Source of the DNA: Thermoanaerobaculia bacterium
GTDB taxonomy: Bacteria; Acidobacteriota; Thermoanaerobaculia; Gp7-AA8
Reading direction: 5' to 3'
DNA: 64,000 nucleotides
Assembly (NCBI GenBank): GCA_036009105.1
Contig: DASYMJ010000009.1
Span: 1,239 to 65,238 of the forward strand
This document shows, piece after piece, positions 20,820-32,791 of this stretch; the first letter of the stretch is position 1; each line of letters opens with the position of its first letter. A program made the translations under genes and the position numbers. The notes under the pieces were generated by a model. It was not told the DNA's origin. It made no database searches and worked only from the letters and a program-made list of their open reading frames with translations.

Positions 20820-21959
20820 ATGTACCGACGCGCTTCCGCAGTCCTGGCCGTGCTCTGTCTGCTCGCCGTCCCCCGCGCCTTCGCCCAATGCTCTTCCATG
20901 CTCTCGGGAGGGTCGGGCTTCAACAACATCCACTTCCTCAACGTCACCAGCGCGGGCACGCCGTACGACGGCTCGATCGGCGGCGCGATGAGCATGTGGA
21001 ACGGCGCCTGCGGCGGGATGTCCGGCTCGGACTACCCGGCCTTCCAGTTCGGCAACCAGAGCGGCGGCGGCATCCAGTTCCTCTACGTGAGCGGCCACGA
21101 GAGCACGCCGCACTGCGGCGGCTACTGCGGCTCGCTCTACGACCGCGGCACGCATACCGTCACCCTGTACGAGGATTACGGCCCCGATCTGGGGCACCTC
21201 GCCCACCTTCGCGACCTCAACGCGCAGCAGATGCGCAACCTCATGGCACACGAGCTCGGCCACGGCCTCGGCCTGGCGGACGACTTCTGCAACAACGGCC
21301 TGATGAACCAGACCGTCCCCTTCAACGCGACCATCACCGGCGAGGAGTGCGTGACCGCCGATCAGGGCTCGCACGTCATGTACGAGGGGACCCAGAACCA
21401 AGGCTGCGAGAGCCTGCAGGACTGCCACATGAGTCCGATCATCCTCGACCTCGACCGCGGCACCTTCCAGCTGACCAGCGTGGCGGGCGGCGTGCTGTTC
21501 GATCTGAACGGCGACGGCCTGCCGGAGGAGACGGCCTGGACGCGCGCCGACCGCAACGAGGCGTTCCTCTGGCTCGACCGCAACGGCAACGGAGTCGTGG
21601 ACGACGGCACGGAGCTCTTCGGCTCCTCGTTCGGCGACAACGGCTTCATCCAGCTCGCGTCGTGGGACAAGCGCAGCGAGGGCGACGTCCTGATCGGCGG
21701 CAACGAGAACGAGCGCATCGACGCCGGCGACGCGATCTGGCCGCGGCTGCGCCTCTGGATCGACCGCAGCCACGACGGCATCTCGCAGCCGGATGAGATC
21801 TTCACGCTGGCCCAGAAAGGCGTGACCTCGATCGATCTGCGCTACTACACCACGCGCATTCACGACGCGAACGGCAACTACTACCGCTACGGCTCGATCG
21901 CCATCGCGAACGGCCGGCCGCTGTTTGCCGTGGATGTCTACTTCAAGGTCGGGCAATGA
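20820..21959 (+). CDS. secreted zinc metalloprotease, HExxHxxGxxD (snapalysin/M7-like motif) with EF-hand-like Ca-binding loops
   Basis: Start MYRRASAVLAVLCLLAVPRAFAQ (signal peptide) inside ORF 20775..21959. MAHELGHGLGLADDF. DLNGDGLPEE and DRNGNGVVDDGTELFG loops. Confidence 0.7.
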   Translation: MYRRASAVLAVLCLLAVPRAFAQCSSMLSGGSGFNNIHFLNVTSAGTPYDGSIGGAMSMWNGACGGMSGSDYPAFQFGNQSGGGIQFLYVSGHESTPHCGGYCGSLYDRGTHTVTLYEDYGPDLGHLAHLRDLNAQQMRNLMAHELGHGLGLADDFCNNGLMNQTVPFNATITGEECVTADQGSHVMYEGTQNQGCESLQDCHMSPIILDLDRGTFQLTSVAGGVLFDLNGDGLPEETAWTRADRNEAFLWLDRNGNGVVDDGTELFGSSFGDNGFIQLASWDKRSEGDVLIGGNENERIDAGDAIWPRLRLWIDRSHDGISQPDEIFTLAQKGVTSIDLRYYTTRIHDANGNYYRYGSIAIANGRPLFAVDVYFKVGQ

Positions 21960-21993
21960 CCGCAACGAGGGGCCGGCTTGGTGCCGGCCCCTT

Positions 21994-23385
21994 TCACGAC
22001 CGCCCCTTGAACGTCACCGCGATCTTGTTCTCCCCCGCCCGCACGTTCACCTGGATCGGCGCGGCAAAGGTGGCGCCCGAGGCGACGATCGACGCCGCTT
22101 CGTCTTCCGTGCGATACGGCCAGAACTCGTAGCTGCCGGCCGGGATGTTGCGCAGAGTCGCCTCGCTGTCGGCCGCGGTGGCCAGCTGCAGCCCCTGGAT
22201 GGAGCTCAGCGCCTCCGCCACTTCCGGCGGCACCAGCTCGCCGTTGTAGCGCATGAGGAGGGAGAAGGGCGGCATCGGCTTGCCGTCCGTGGTCCGGGCG
22301 CGGATGAGCAGGGAGGAGGCGGCGGTGGGCAGCTCGATGCGCACCCGGTCCCTCCCCTCCTCCCGCCCGATGCGCCGGGCGGTGAAGCCGCCGCCCGGCG
22401 CGATGGCGAAGAGCGTCGCGCTCTCCCCTTCCGGCACGGCGATGCTGGCCCGCCCGTCCTCGTCCGTGTAGGTGCGCGCGCGGAGCGCGCCGTTGGCGAG
22501 GGAGAAGACGAGCGCGCGGTCGAGCGGCTCGTGCCCCGCGCCGAGGACGAGCAGGGGGATGGTGCGTCCGGCGTCGAGGCGGACGTCGAGATTGCGCGAG
22601 CGGCCGGCCGGCCCGAGCTCGAAGACGAACGGGGGCGGCTCGAGATGATCGCCCGCGCTGATGGTGACCGTCTGCTTGCCGTCGCGTACGCCGGTCAGGC
22701 GGAACGCGCCGGCTTCGTCGGTCCGGAGCTGCAGGTGCCGCTCCGTCTCGCCGGCGCGCGTCATGAGGTCGATGTCGAGGCCGGCAAGCGGCGCGCCGCT
22801 CTTCGCATCGCGCACCACGCCCGCGATCTCGCCGCCCGGCACGTCGATGGCCAGCCGCGGCGAGACGCCGCCGATGCGCGCGCTGTCTCCGTACGGCCTG
22901 GTCAGCCGCGGCGACTTGACGCTGTACAGGTAGTCGCCGCGCTGCCACAGCCGCGCGCGGAACGTGCCGTCCGCCGCCACCGGCAGCGTCGCCGCCCACT
23001 GGAATTCGGTATTGCGCAGCACGAGCGCCGCGGGGCCGAGGACCGCGCCGCCGTGGGTCACCCGTCCGGCCAGCTCGAAGGGGGCGACGTCGATCTGCAC
23101 CCGCCGCGCGTCGGCGCTGCCGATGATCACCTTCGCCGCAATCTGCTCGTTCTCCTTCCCGCCCCGGACGCGCACCTGGTAGACGCCCGCTTCCAGCCCG
23201 TCGAAGCGGACCCGCCGCTCGGCGGTGGTGAGGCCGCGCTGCTCGAGGCCCTGCCACTTCTCCTCCTTGTCCCGCACCAGCAGCTCGACGCGCAACGGCT
23301 CCGCCGTGCCGCGGATGGTGGTCTCGATGGAGGCGGCCGGCCTGGTGGAGGAAAGGACCGCGGCGAGCAACAGCAGGATGTGCAT
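21994..23385 (-). CDS. secreted protein with repeated carboxypeptidase-regulatory-like beta-sandwich domains
   Basis: ORF track 463 aa. Signal peptide MHILLLLAAVLSS. Repeated G.V.D..G.PL.G motifs. Confidence 0.55.
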   Translation of the reverse strand: MHILLLLAAVLSSTRPAASIETTIRGTAEPLRVELLVRDKEEKWQGLEQRGLTTAERRVRFDGLEAGVYQVRVRGGKENEQIAAKVIIGSADARRVQIDVAPFELAGRVTHGGAVLGPAALVLRNTEFQWAATLPVAADGTFRARLWQRGDYLYSVKSPRLTRPYGDSARIGGVSPRLAIDVPGGEIAGVVRDAKSGAPLAGLDIDLMTRAGETERHLQLRTDEAGAFRLTGVRDGKQTVTISAGDHLEPPPFVFELGPAGRSRNLDVRLDAGRTIPLLVLGAGHEPLDRALVFSLANGALRARTYTDEDGRASIAVPEGESATLFAIAPGGGFTARRIGREEGRDRVRIELPTAASSLLIRARTTDGKPMPPFSLLMRYNGELVPPEVAEALSSIQGLQLATAADSEATLRNIPAGSYEFWPYRTEDEAASIVASGATFAAPIQVNVRAGENKIAVTFKGRS

Positions 23386-23425
23386 ATATGGTTTTCTCCT
23401 CGAGAGCGCGGCGCCCGGGCGAAGG

Positions 23426-23764
23426 TCAGCGCGTGGTGGGAAGGGGGGCGTCGAGGCTGGCCACGAGCGCTCGGCTCGCGGACGGCTGCGCCTCGTCGAG
23501 CCGCTCGACGGAGGCCACCGTGAACTCGGAAGCCAGGGTGGCGGTGGCGGCGGCCTGAGCCTGACAGGCCGGGCCGAGGATGCAGGTGTCGTTGTCGTAG
23601 TCTTCGATGCAGGTCACCCAGCCGAAGTGCAGCGCCGCAATGCACTGCGGCGGCTCGGTATGCGGTTCCGCCCGGATCTTGCACCGGACGCACGCCGCCA
23701 TGGCGGACGGCGCCGCGAGGAATGCGGCGACGACGAGGAACAGAGGAATCATTCGTTTCATCAT
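23426..23764 (-). CDS. small secreted cysteine-rich protein (paralogue 1)
   Basis: ORF track 112 aa. Signal peptide MMKRMIPLFLVVAAFLAAPSAMAA, 6 Cys, C-terminus EFTVASVERLDEAQPS. Confidence 0.55.
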   Translation of the reverse strand: MMKRMIPLFLVVAAFLAAPSAMAACVRCKIRAEPHTEPPQCIAALHFGWVTCIEDYDNDTCILGPACQAQAAATATLASEFTVASVERLDEAQPSASRALVASLDAPLPTTR

Positions 23765-23895
23765 CAGAGAGATCTCCTTTTCTATGCCGATACGGCCCGG
23801 GCTCCGCGTCTCGGAGAGGGATGATCCCTGACGGCAGGACTACCGTCTAGCGTTACTTCTTTCATTCGGCAGGGCGAGACGCGGGGCCGCCGGTG

Positions 23896-24240
23896 TCAGT
23901 GGATGTTGGATTGGGTGAGGCTGGCCGAGGCGACGAGCGGCGTGGACGGCGAAGGCTGCCCGTCGTCCAGGCGCTCGACCGCGGCGACGGTGTACTCGGA
24001 CCCGAGCGCGGGAGTGGCCGCGGAAGCGGCGGCCGTCGCGCACACGATGTCGAGCTCACAGGTGCAGTCGGAGGGGTTCTCGAAACAATCCTCGTACCGC
24101 GTTCCGAACGTGACCTGCCGGCAGTGTGCGCACGGATCCGGCGGGAAGACCCGGCAGCGGTAACAGACGGCCGCCATGGCGGCCGGCGCCGCCGAGAAGG
24201 CGGCAAGAATGACGATGAGAGGAACAATCCGTTTGAGCAT
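23896..24240 (-). CDS. small secreted cysteine-rich protein (paralogue 2)
   Basis: ORF track 114 aa. Signal peptide MLKRIVPLIVILAAFSAAPAAMAA, 8 Cys, C-terminus EYTVAAVERLDDGQPS. Upstream region is also duplicated. Confidence 0.55.
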   Translation of the reverse strand: MLKRIVPLIVILAAFSAAPAAMAAVCYRCRVFPPDPCAHCRQVTFGTRYEDCFENPSDCTCELDIVCATAAASAATPALGSEYTVAAVERLDDGQPSPSTPLVASASLTQSNIH

Positions 24241-24329
24241 GAGAGCGATCTCCTTTCCGGCCCGGTCCCGCGTCTCTGGAAGGAATCTCGGCGCCGGAAA
24301 GGCGGAGCGCTAGAGTGATTTCTTGCCGG

Positions 24330-24421
24330 CCAGCGCCAGCCGGTGGAACTCCCCCCGGATCGCCCCCATCCCGATCGGCGCCGCGCACGGATGCACCCGG
24401 TTCGTGAGCAGCACCATGAGC
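24330..24421. repeat. 92-bp direct repeat copy A (relic original 3' end of beta-lactamase-family gene)
   Basis: Identical to 24903..24994 except 2 mismatches. In frame it continues ...EFHRLALAGKKSL-stop. Confidence 0.8.
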
Positions 24422-24431
24422 GCGGAACCCG

Positions 24432-24653
24432 CTAAAGGAGAGCGAGAAAATCGTCCACTGTCATGCCCGCGGCGCGGATGAGCGCGCGGAGGGTGCCGGT
24501 GGCGAGCTCTTTGTGCAACGGAATCGCCAGGTTCGCGCGCTGGCCCGCCTTCGTCAAAATGAGATGGCTTCCGACCTGCCCGGCGACGCTCCAGCCCGCG
24601 CGCTGAAACGCCCGAGCGGCGTCACGGCCGGAGATATTGCCCAGAGCGCCCAA
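24432..24653 (-). CDS. hicA: type II toxin HicA family
   Basis: ORF track 73 aa (TTG start). GWSVAGQVGSHLILTK...KELATGTLRALIRAAGM is HicA-like. Confidence 0.75.
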   Translation of the reverse strand: MGALGNISGRDAARAFQRAGWSVAGQVGSHLILTKAGQRANLAIPLHKELATGTLRALIRAAGMTVDDFLALL

Positions 24654-24656
24654 GCT

Positions 24657-24863
24657 TCAGATCGCGACGACGATCGGTTGTTCGTCCGCGGCCAGCCCGG
24701 CCACGGCTTTCTGATCTTCCGCCCAGAGCCAGCCGACGATTGCCTCTTTGATGTTTTCGAGCGCTTCCTTTTCATCGTTTCCCTGCGAAACGCAGCCCGG
24801 AAGCGCTGGGCACTCGACGACGTACATGCCGTCGGACTCCGACACTTTGACGTGAAAGATCAT
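24657..24863 (-). CDS. hicB: type II antitoxin HicB family (UPF0150)
   Basis: ORF track 68 aa. MIFHVKVSESDGMYVVECPALPGCVSQGNDEKEALENIKEAI. Confidence 0.75.
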   Translation of the reverse strand: MIFHVKVSESDGMYVVECPALPGCVSQGNDEKEALENIKEAIVGWLWAEDQKAVAGLAADEQPIVVAI

Positions 24864-24870
24864 GGCGGCG

Positions 24871-25914
24871 TTATACAGCGGCTGCCGTGGTTTCGGAATT
24901 CCCCAGCGCCAGCCGGTGGAACTCCCCCCGGATCGCCCCCATCCCGATCGGCGCGGCGCACGGATGCACCCGGTTCGTCAGCAGCACCATGAGCTGCTCG
25001 CGCCGCTTGTCGAACCACACGGACGTCCCGGTGAACCCGAAGTGTCCGAACGAGCCCTCGGACAGCATGCGCGTCGCGGGGCTGCTGTCGATGCGGAGGT
25101 GCCAGCCGAGGCCGCGGTTCTCGCCCAGGCCCTGCGTGTAATTGCGGGTGGCGAGATCGACCAGCGGCAGCGGCACCAGCTCGCCGCGGATGAACGCCTG
25201 GGCGATGCGGAAGACGGCGCGGGCGGTGGCGAAGAGGCCGGCATTGCCGGCCGTGCCGCCCAGGTGATGCGAGTTGCCGTCGTGCGTCTCGCCCCAGATC
25301 AGGCCGTCGCGGAAGCCGGTGATCGGCGCCAGGCCCCGCTCGGCGCACATCTTCCTCTCCCACGCCTGCGTCCACTCCGTCGCCGCGATGCGCGGCTTCA
25401 ACCCGGCCGGCGGGCGGAAGAGGGCATCCTGCAGACCGAGCGGCTGGAAGATCTGCGATTCCGCCAACGAAAGGTAAGGCCCGAGCGCGAAGTAGAGCAG
25501 GAAGAAGTTCAGATCGGAGTAGACCACGCGCGAGCCCGGCTCGTACTCCGGCCCATGCTCGAGGATCGCGCCGAGCGGATCCTGGTACGCGTACAACGGC
25601 AGCCAGGCGCGCAAGCCGGAGGTATGCGTCAGCAGGTCGCGATACCGATAGCCATGAAAGCGGTCCTCCAAAGAGAGGCCGGACTGCAGAAACAGCGTCG
25701 TGGTGATCAAAGCCTTGGTGGTCGACGCGCAGTCATAGATGGTGTCGATGGTGGCGGGCACCCGGAACGGCACGGCGACCGCGTTTCCGAGCGCCCCGAG
25801 GTGCGGCGGACCGGACAAAGGCCCGAAAGCGTACGAGGCCGAGGCGAAGCTTCCCAGCTCGATCTCGCGGCGCAGGAAATCGTCGATGGTCACCGCCCGC
25901 GGATTGTAGTGCAC
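24871..25914 (-). CDS. beta-lactamase family serine hydrolase (class C / esterase-like)
   Basis: ORF track 347 aa. SxxK motif CASTTK, YSD. 3' end lies within repeat copy B. Confidence 0.85.
   Translation of the reverse strand: MHYNPRAVTIDDFLRREIELGSFASASYAFGPLSGPPHLGALGNAVAVPFRVPATIDTIYDCASTTKALITTTLFLQSGLSLEDRFHGYRYRDLLTHTSGLRAWLPLYAYQDPLGAILEHGPEYEPGSRVVYSDLNFFLLYFALGPYLSLAESQIFQPLGLQDALFRPPAGLKPRIAATEWTQAWERKMCAERGLAPITGFRDGLIWGETHDGNSHHLGGTAGNAGLFATARAVFRIAQAFIRGELVPLPLVDLATRNYTQGLGENRGLGWHLRIDSSPATRMLSEGSFGHFGFTGTSVWFDKRREQLMVLLTNRVHPCAAPIGMGAIRGEFHRLALGNSETTAAAV
24903..24994. repeat. 92-bp direct repeat copy B (current 3' coding end of beta-lactamase-family gene)
   Basis: See copy A. 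Confidence 0.8.
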
Positions 25915-26037
25915 AGGAACGGCTGCGCACGCTCGCTGTCAACGGCGAATATCCCTTGTGGCTCAGCGGTTTAGAGCGTGCAAATAAGGGTGCTGGATGC
26001 CCTCCTCTTTCCTGTTAGCATCCGCACCGTCCAAATC

Positions 26038-29000
26038 ATGCTTCGTCTAGAAAAACTGGAAATCCACGGCTTCAAGTCCTTCTACGACCCTGCCCAACTC
26101 GCCTTCCCCTCGGCCATGACGGCCGTGGTCGGCCCGAACGGCTGCGGCAAATCGAACATCTGCGACGCCATCATCTGGGTCCTCGGCGAGAACCGCGCCT
26201 CCCACATCCGCGGCGAGACGATGGAAGACGTCATCTTCCAGGGCTCCGCCCGCCGCCGCCCCCTCTCCATGGGCGAAGTCACCCTCACCCTCGGCACCTC
26301 CAACGGCCACAGCGATCATCCCATGGCCGACGAGGGCCGCATCGTGATCAACCGCCGCGTCTTCCGCACCGGCGAGTCCGAGTTCCGCCTCAACGGCAAA
26401 CGGGTCCGGATGAAGGACATCTCCGACATCCTGATGGACACCGGCCTGGGCATCCGCAACTACTCGGTGATGGAGCAGGGGAAGATCGACCTCATCCTCT
26501 CCAACAAGCCGCAGGACCGCCGCCGCCTGATCGAAGAGGCGGCCGGCATCACCAAGTACAAAACGAAGCGCCGCGCCGCGGAGCTGAAGCTGGAAGAGAC
26601 CCAGCAGAACCTGCTCCGCATCGACGACACCCTCTCCGAGGTCACGCGCAACCTCAACTCCCTCAAGCGCCAGGCCGGCAAGGCCCGCCGCCACAAGGAG
26701 CTCTCCGAGCAGCTCTCCACCGCCAAGCGTGCGCTGTACAAAGGCCGGATTGTGCTAGCACAAACCGAGCAGGAGGCTGCCGGTCAGGCCGTGGCCGAGG
26801 CGCAGGCACGAGAGAGCGAGCTCGCCGCGCAGCTCGGCACGGACGAAGCCGAGCTGGCCGAGACCCGCACCTTCCACTCCGGCCGCGCCTCGCACGCCTC
26901 GAAAGTGCGCGAGGAGATGGCCGGCCTGACCGCGGACGTGGAGCGCCTCCGCTCCTTCCTCCAGCAGTCCGAAACGAACCTGGGCGACCTGATGCAGCGC
27001 ATCGAGAACGGCCGCGGCCAGATCGGGCAGCTGGAAGCGGAAGGCGCCGAACAGCAGCAGCTGCTCGATGAAAAGACGCAGCAGCTGGAGGCCGCGCGCG
27101 GCGAGCGCAACCGCCTGCGCGAGATCGCCGACCAGCTGGAGCGCGACCGGCAGGAGAAGTCGGATTCGGTGCGCCAGCACGAGAAGTCGCTGGCCGATGC
27201 GCGCGAGGCGCTCATGCGCACCATCGCCCGCATCTCCGAGTCGCGCAACCAGGTGCACCAGATCGAGATCGCCGTCGAAAAGTGCGAGTTCTATCTCTCC
27301 AAGCTGACCGAGAGCGCCCGCCGCGCGCTGGAGCATCGGGACGGCGCGAAGGCGACGGTCAACGACTGGAACGAGCGGGTGGCCGAGGCCGAGCAGGCCC
27401 TGCTCGAAGCGCAGCAGACCGCGCGCGAGGCCATTCAACTCCGCGACGAGCTCACCCGGCGCCGAGACGGCATGCGCGACTCGCTCGCTTCGACGCGCGA
27501 CCGCGTCTCGCAGATGAGCTATAAGATCGACTCGCTGCGCACGCTCCTCACCTCGCTGGAAGCGCAGGATGAAGACGTCCGCCGCGCCGTCCTGGAGCTG
27601 ATCCCGAACGCCACCTCGGCCGCCGAGGCCGTCCGCGCCGCGGAAGGTTTCGAAGCGGCCCTCGATACGCTGCTGCGCGAGCTCGCCAAGGCCTCCGTGG
27701 TGGACACCGCCGAGACCGCCATCGAAGCGGTCTCCCGTCTGCGCGAGCGCGGCGCGGGCCGCGGCGCCTTCATCACGCTCGATTACGAAGCAGCCGGCGA
27801 AGGGACGCGTCGCGGAGACGCGGCGTTCTCCATCGTCGGCGAAGGCCCCATCGCCGATGCCGTCCGCGCCGCCATCCCCGAGGCGTACATCGTGGGCGAT
27901 CTGCGCGAGGCGACGGTGCGCGCGAAGGAACGGCCGCACGCGACCTTCGTCACCCTGGACGGCGACGTCGTCCGCGGCCCGCTCATCATCGGCGGCAAGA
28001 CGGAAGGCGCAACGCCGGGCGTCTTTTCCATCAAGCGCCAGCTCTCCGATCTGGAGCAGGCCCTCGGCTCGGAAGAGACGCGCGCCAGCGGCATCGCCGC
28101 CCAGCTGCAGACGGTGGAAGAGGAGCTGCGCGCTGCTGACGACGCGCGCATCCTGGCCGAGGAACGGGCGCGCGGCGCGGAGCAGGAGCTGCGCGAGCGG
28201 CGCACCGAGCGCGAGCGCGCCGGCACCGAGCTGCAGCGCTTCGACCGCGAGCTCGCCGCCGCCTCGGAAGAGCAGACGTTGTACGCCGAGGAGAAGGAAC
28301 AGCTCCTCGCCCGGAAGAACGCGGCGATCGACGACCTGCGCCAGCTGGAAGAGAAAGAGCAGGCCCTGCACGAGCAGATCCGCCTGCACGAGGAGGAGCT
28401 CGGCACCTCGCGCGCGGCCTTCGAGGAAGTGACGGAAGTCGCCTCCAAGGCGCGGGTCGACGTGGAGACGGCGGCCGGCAACGTGAACTCCATCCAGCGC
28501 GAGCACGAGAACCTCTCCCGCATCGTCCTCTCCCTCGGCGCGCGCGCCACGCAGCTGCAGCAGGAGCTGGAGTCGCTGGCCCGCAAGCGCGCGGACACGG
28601 AAGTGGCGGTGGAGAACGCGCGCGGCCAGCTCGACGCCTCCCTGCAGAAATTGCACGAGCTGTCCGAGGCTCGGGTGTCTTTGGAAGCCGAGGTTGCGGA
28701 CCTCGCCGTCCGCGTGCAGGAGCTCGATGCGCGCGCCATCGTCTCGCGCGAGCAGTGGAACACGGCCAAGGACGCGCTGTTCGAGTCCGAGCGGCGCCGC
28801 GACCGCGCCGCCTCCGCCTTCGAGCTGCTGCGCGAGCAGATCTCGCTCGATCTGCATGCCGGCATCGACGCGCTGGCCGAGGTCGAGCCGCCCTCTTCCG
28901 ATGATGCGCGCGCGTGGCTGGAAGCCGAGGTGGCCAGGGTCGCCGATCAGATCGAGAAGATCGGACCGGTGAACGTGCTCGCCATCGATGAGCATCAGGA

Positions 29001-29565
29001 GCTGGAGCAGCGCGAGTCGTTCCTCCGCACGCAGCGCGACGACCTGGTGCAGGCCATCGAGTCGCTGCGCCAGACCATCCGCAAGATCAACATCACCTCC
29101 CGCGAGCTGTTCCGCGAGGCGTTCAACGCCGTGAACGACTGGTTCGGCCAGCTCTTCACCTCCCTCTTCGGCGGCGGCGCGGCGCGCATGCAGCTGCTCG
29201 ACGAGGACGACGTGCTGGAGTCGGGCATCGAGCTGGCGGCCCAGCCGCCGGGCAAGAAGAACCAGTCCATCGCGCTGCTCTCGGGCGGCGAGCGGGCCCT
29301 CACCGCGCTCGCCCTTTTGTTCGCCATCTTCCGCTACAAGCCGTCGCCCTTCTGCATCCTGGACGAGGTCGACGCGCCGCTGGACGAGGTGAACAACGAA
29401 CGCTTCGTCCGCCTGGTGCGGGACATGTCCCGCGACACGCAATTCATCGTCATCACCCACTCCCGACGCACCATGGAGGCGGCCGACGCGCTGTACGGCG
29501 TGACGATGGAAGAAGCGGGCTGCTCGCGCCTGGTCTCGGTGCAGTTCGCGGACATGGAGGGTTAG
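26038..29565 (+). CDS. smc: chromosome segregation protein SMC
   Basis: Start MLRLEKLEIHGFKSF within ORF 25978..29565. Walker A GPNGCGKSN, long coiled coils, hinge, C-terminal LSGGERALTALALLFAI (signature) and ILDEVDAPLD (Walker B). Confidence 0.95.
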   Translation: MLRLEKLEIHGFKSFYDPAQLAFPSAMTAVVGPNGCGKSNICDAIIWVLGENRASHIRGETMEDVIFQGSARRRPLSMGEVTLTLGTSNGHSDHPMADEGRIVINRRVFRTGESEFRLNGKRVRMKDISDILMDTGLGIRNYSVMEQGKIDLILSNKPQDRRRLIEEAAGITKYKTKRRAAELKLEETQQNLLRIDDTLSEVTRNLNSLKRQAGKARRHKELSEQLSTAKRALYKGRIVLAQTEQEAAGQAVAEAQARESELAAQLGTDEAELAETRTFHSGRASHASKVREEMAGLTADVERLRSFLQQSETNLGDLMQRIENGRGQIGQLEAEGAEQQQLLDEKTQQLEAARGERNRLREIADQLERDRQEKSDSVRQHEKSLADAREALMRTIARISESRNQVHQIEIAVEKCEFYLSKLTESARRALEHRDGAKATVNDWNERVAEAEQALLEAQQTAREAIQLRDELTRRRDGMRDSLASTRDRVSQMSYKIDSLRTLLTSLEAQDEDVRRAVLELIPNATSAAEAVRAAEGFEAALDTLLRELAKASVVDTAETAIEAVSRLRERGAGRGAFITLDYEAAGEGTRRGDAAFSIVGEGPIADAVRAAIPEAYIVGDLREATVRAKERPHATFVTLDGDVVRGPLIIGGKTEGATPGVFSIKRQLSDLEQALGSEETRASGIAAQLQTVEEELRAADDARILAEERARGAEQELRERRTERERAGTELQRFDRELAAASEEQTLYAEEKEQLLARKNAAIDDLRQLEEKEQALHEQIRLHEEELGTSRAAFEEVTEVASKARVDVETAAGNVNSIQREHENLSRIVLSLGARATQLQQELESLARKRADTEVAVENARGQLDASLQKLHELSEARVSLEAEVADLAVRVQELDARAIVSREQWNTAKDALFESERRRDRAASAFELLREQISLDLHAGIDALAEVEPPSSDDARAWLEAEVARVADQIEKIGPVNVLAIDEHQELEQRESFLRTQRDDLVQAIESLRQTIRKINITSRELFREAFNAVNDWFGQLFTSLFGGGAARMQLLDEDDVLESGIELAAQPPGKKNQSIALLSGGERALTALALLFAIFRYKPSPFCILDEVDAPLDEVNNERFVRLVRDMSRDTQFIVITHSRRTMEAADALYGVTMEEAGCSRLVSVQFADMEG

Positions 29566-29733
29566 TAGACGCTCGCCGAATCGGCAATCCGCAAGCTCAT
29601 CTCCCGCCGGACGGCGGAGCGTGGCGACGACTATTTCGCCCGCGGCCGCGTCCGGCGCATCGAGCAGATCGAGCCGGGCCTGATCGAGGCGACGGTCCAG
29701 GGCAGCCGCCAGTATCTGGTCGGCCTCTCCGTC

Positions 29734-32736
<3,003 letters not shown>

Positions 32737-32741
32737 ACCCT

Positions 32742-32762
32742 TCTCCCCGCCGGGCGGGGAGA
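32742..32762. terminator. 10-bp perfect GC hairpin (TCTCCCCGCC g GGCGGGGAGA) between convergent genes
   Basis: Seen directly, immediately after helicase stop. No T-tract, as is usual for a high-GC genome. Confidence 0.5.
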
Positions 32763-32791
32763 AGGTGCGGAAGGCGGACGAGAGGCACCGT

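Larger units (their letters stand above)
24422..24902 (-). mobile_element. inserted hicBA toxin-antitoxin cassette (about 481 bp) between 92-bp direct repeats, supplying a new 3' end/stop to the beta-lactamase-family gene
   Basis: Flanked by direct repeats 24330..24421 and 24903..24994. Cassette GC ~58% versus ~68% background. Supplies the new C-terminus GNSETTAAAV-stop. Confidence 0.6.
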
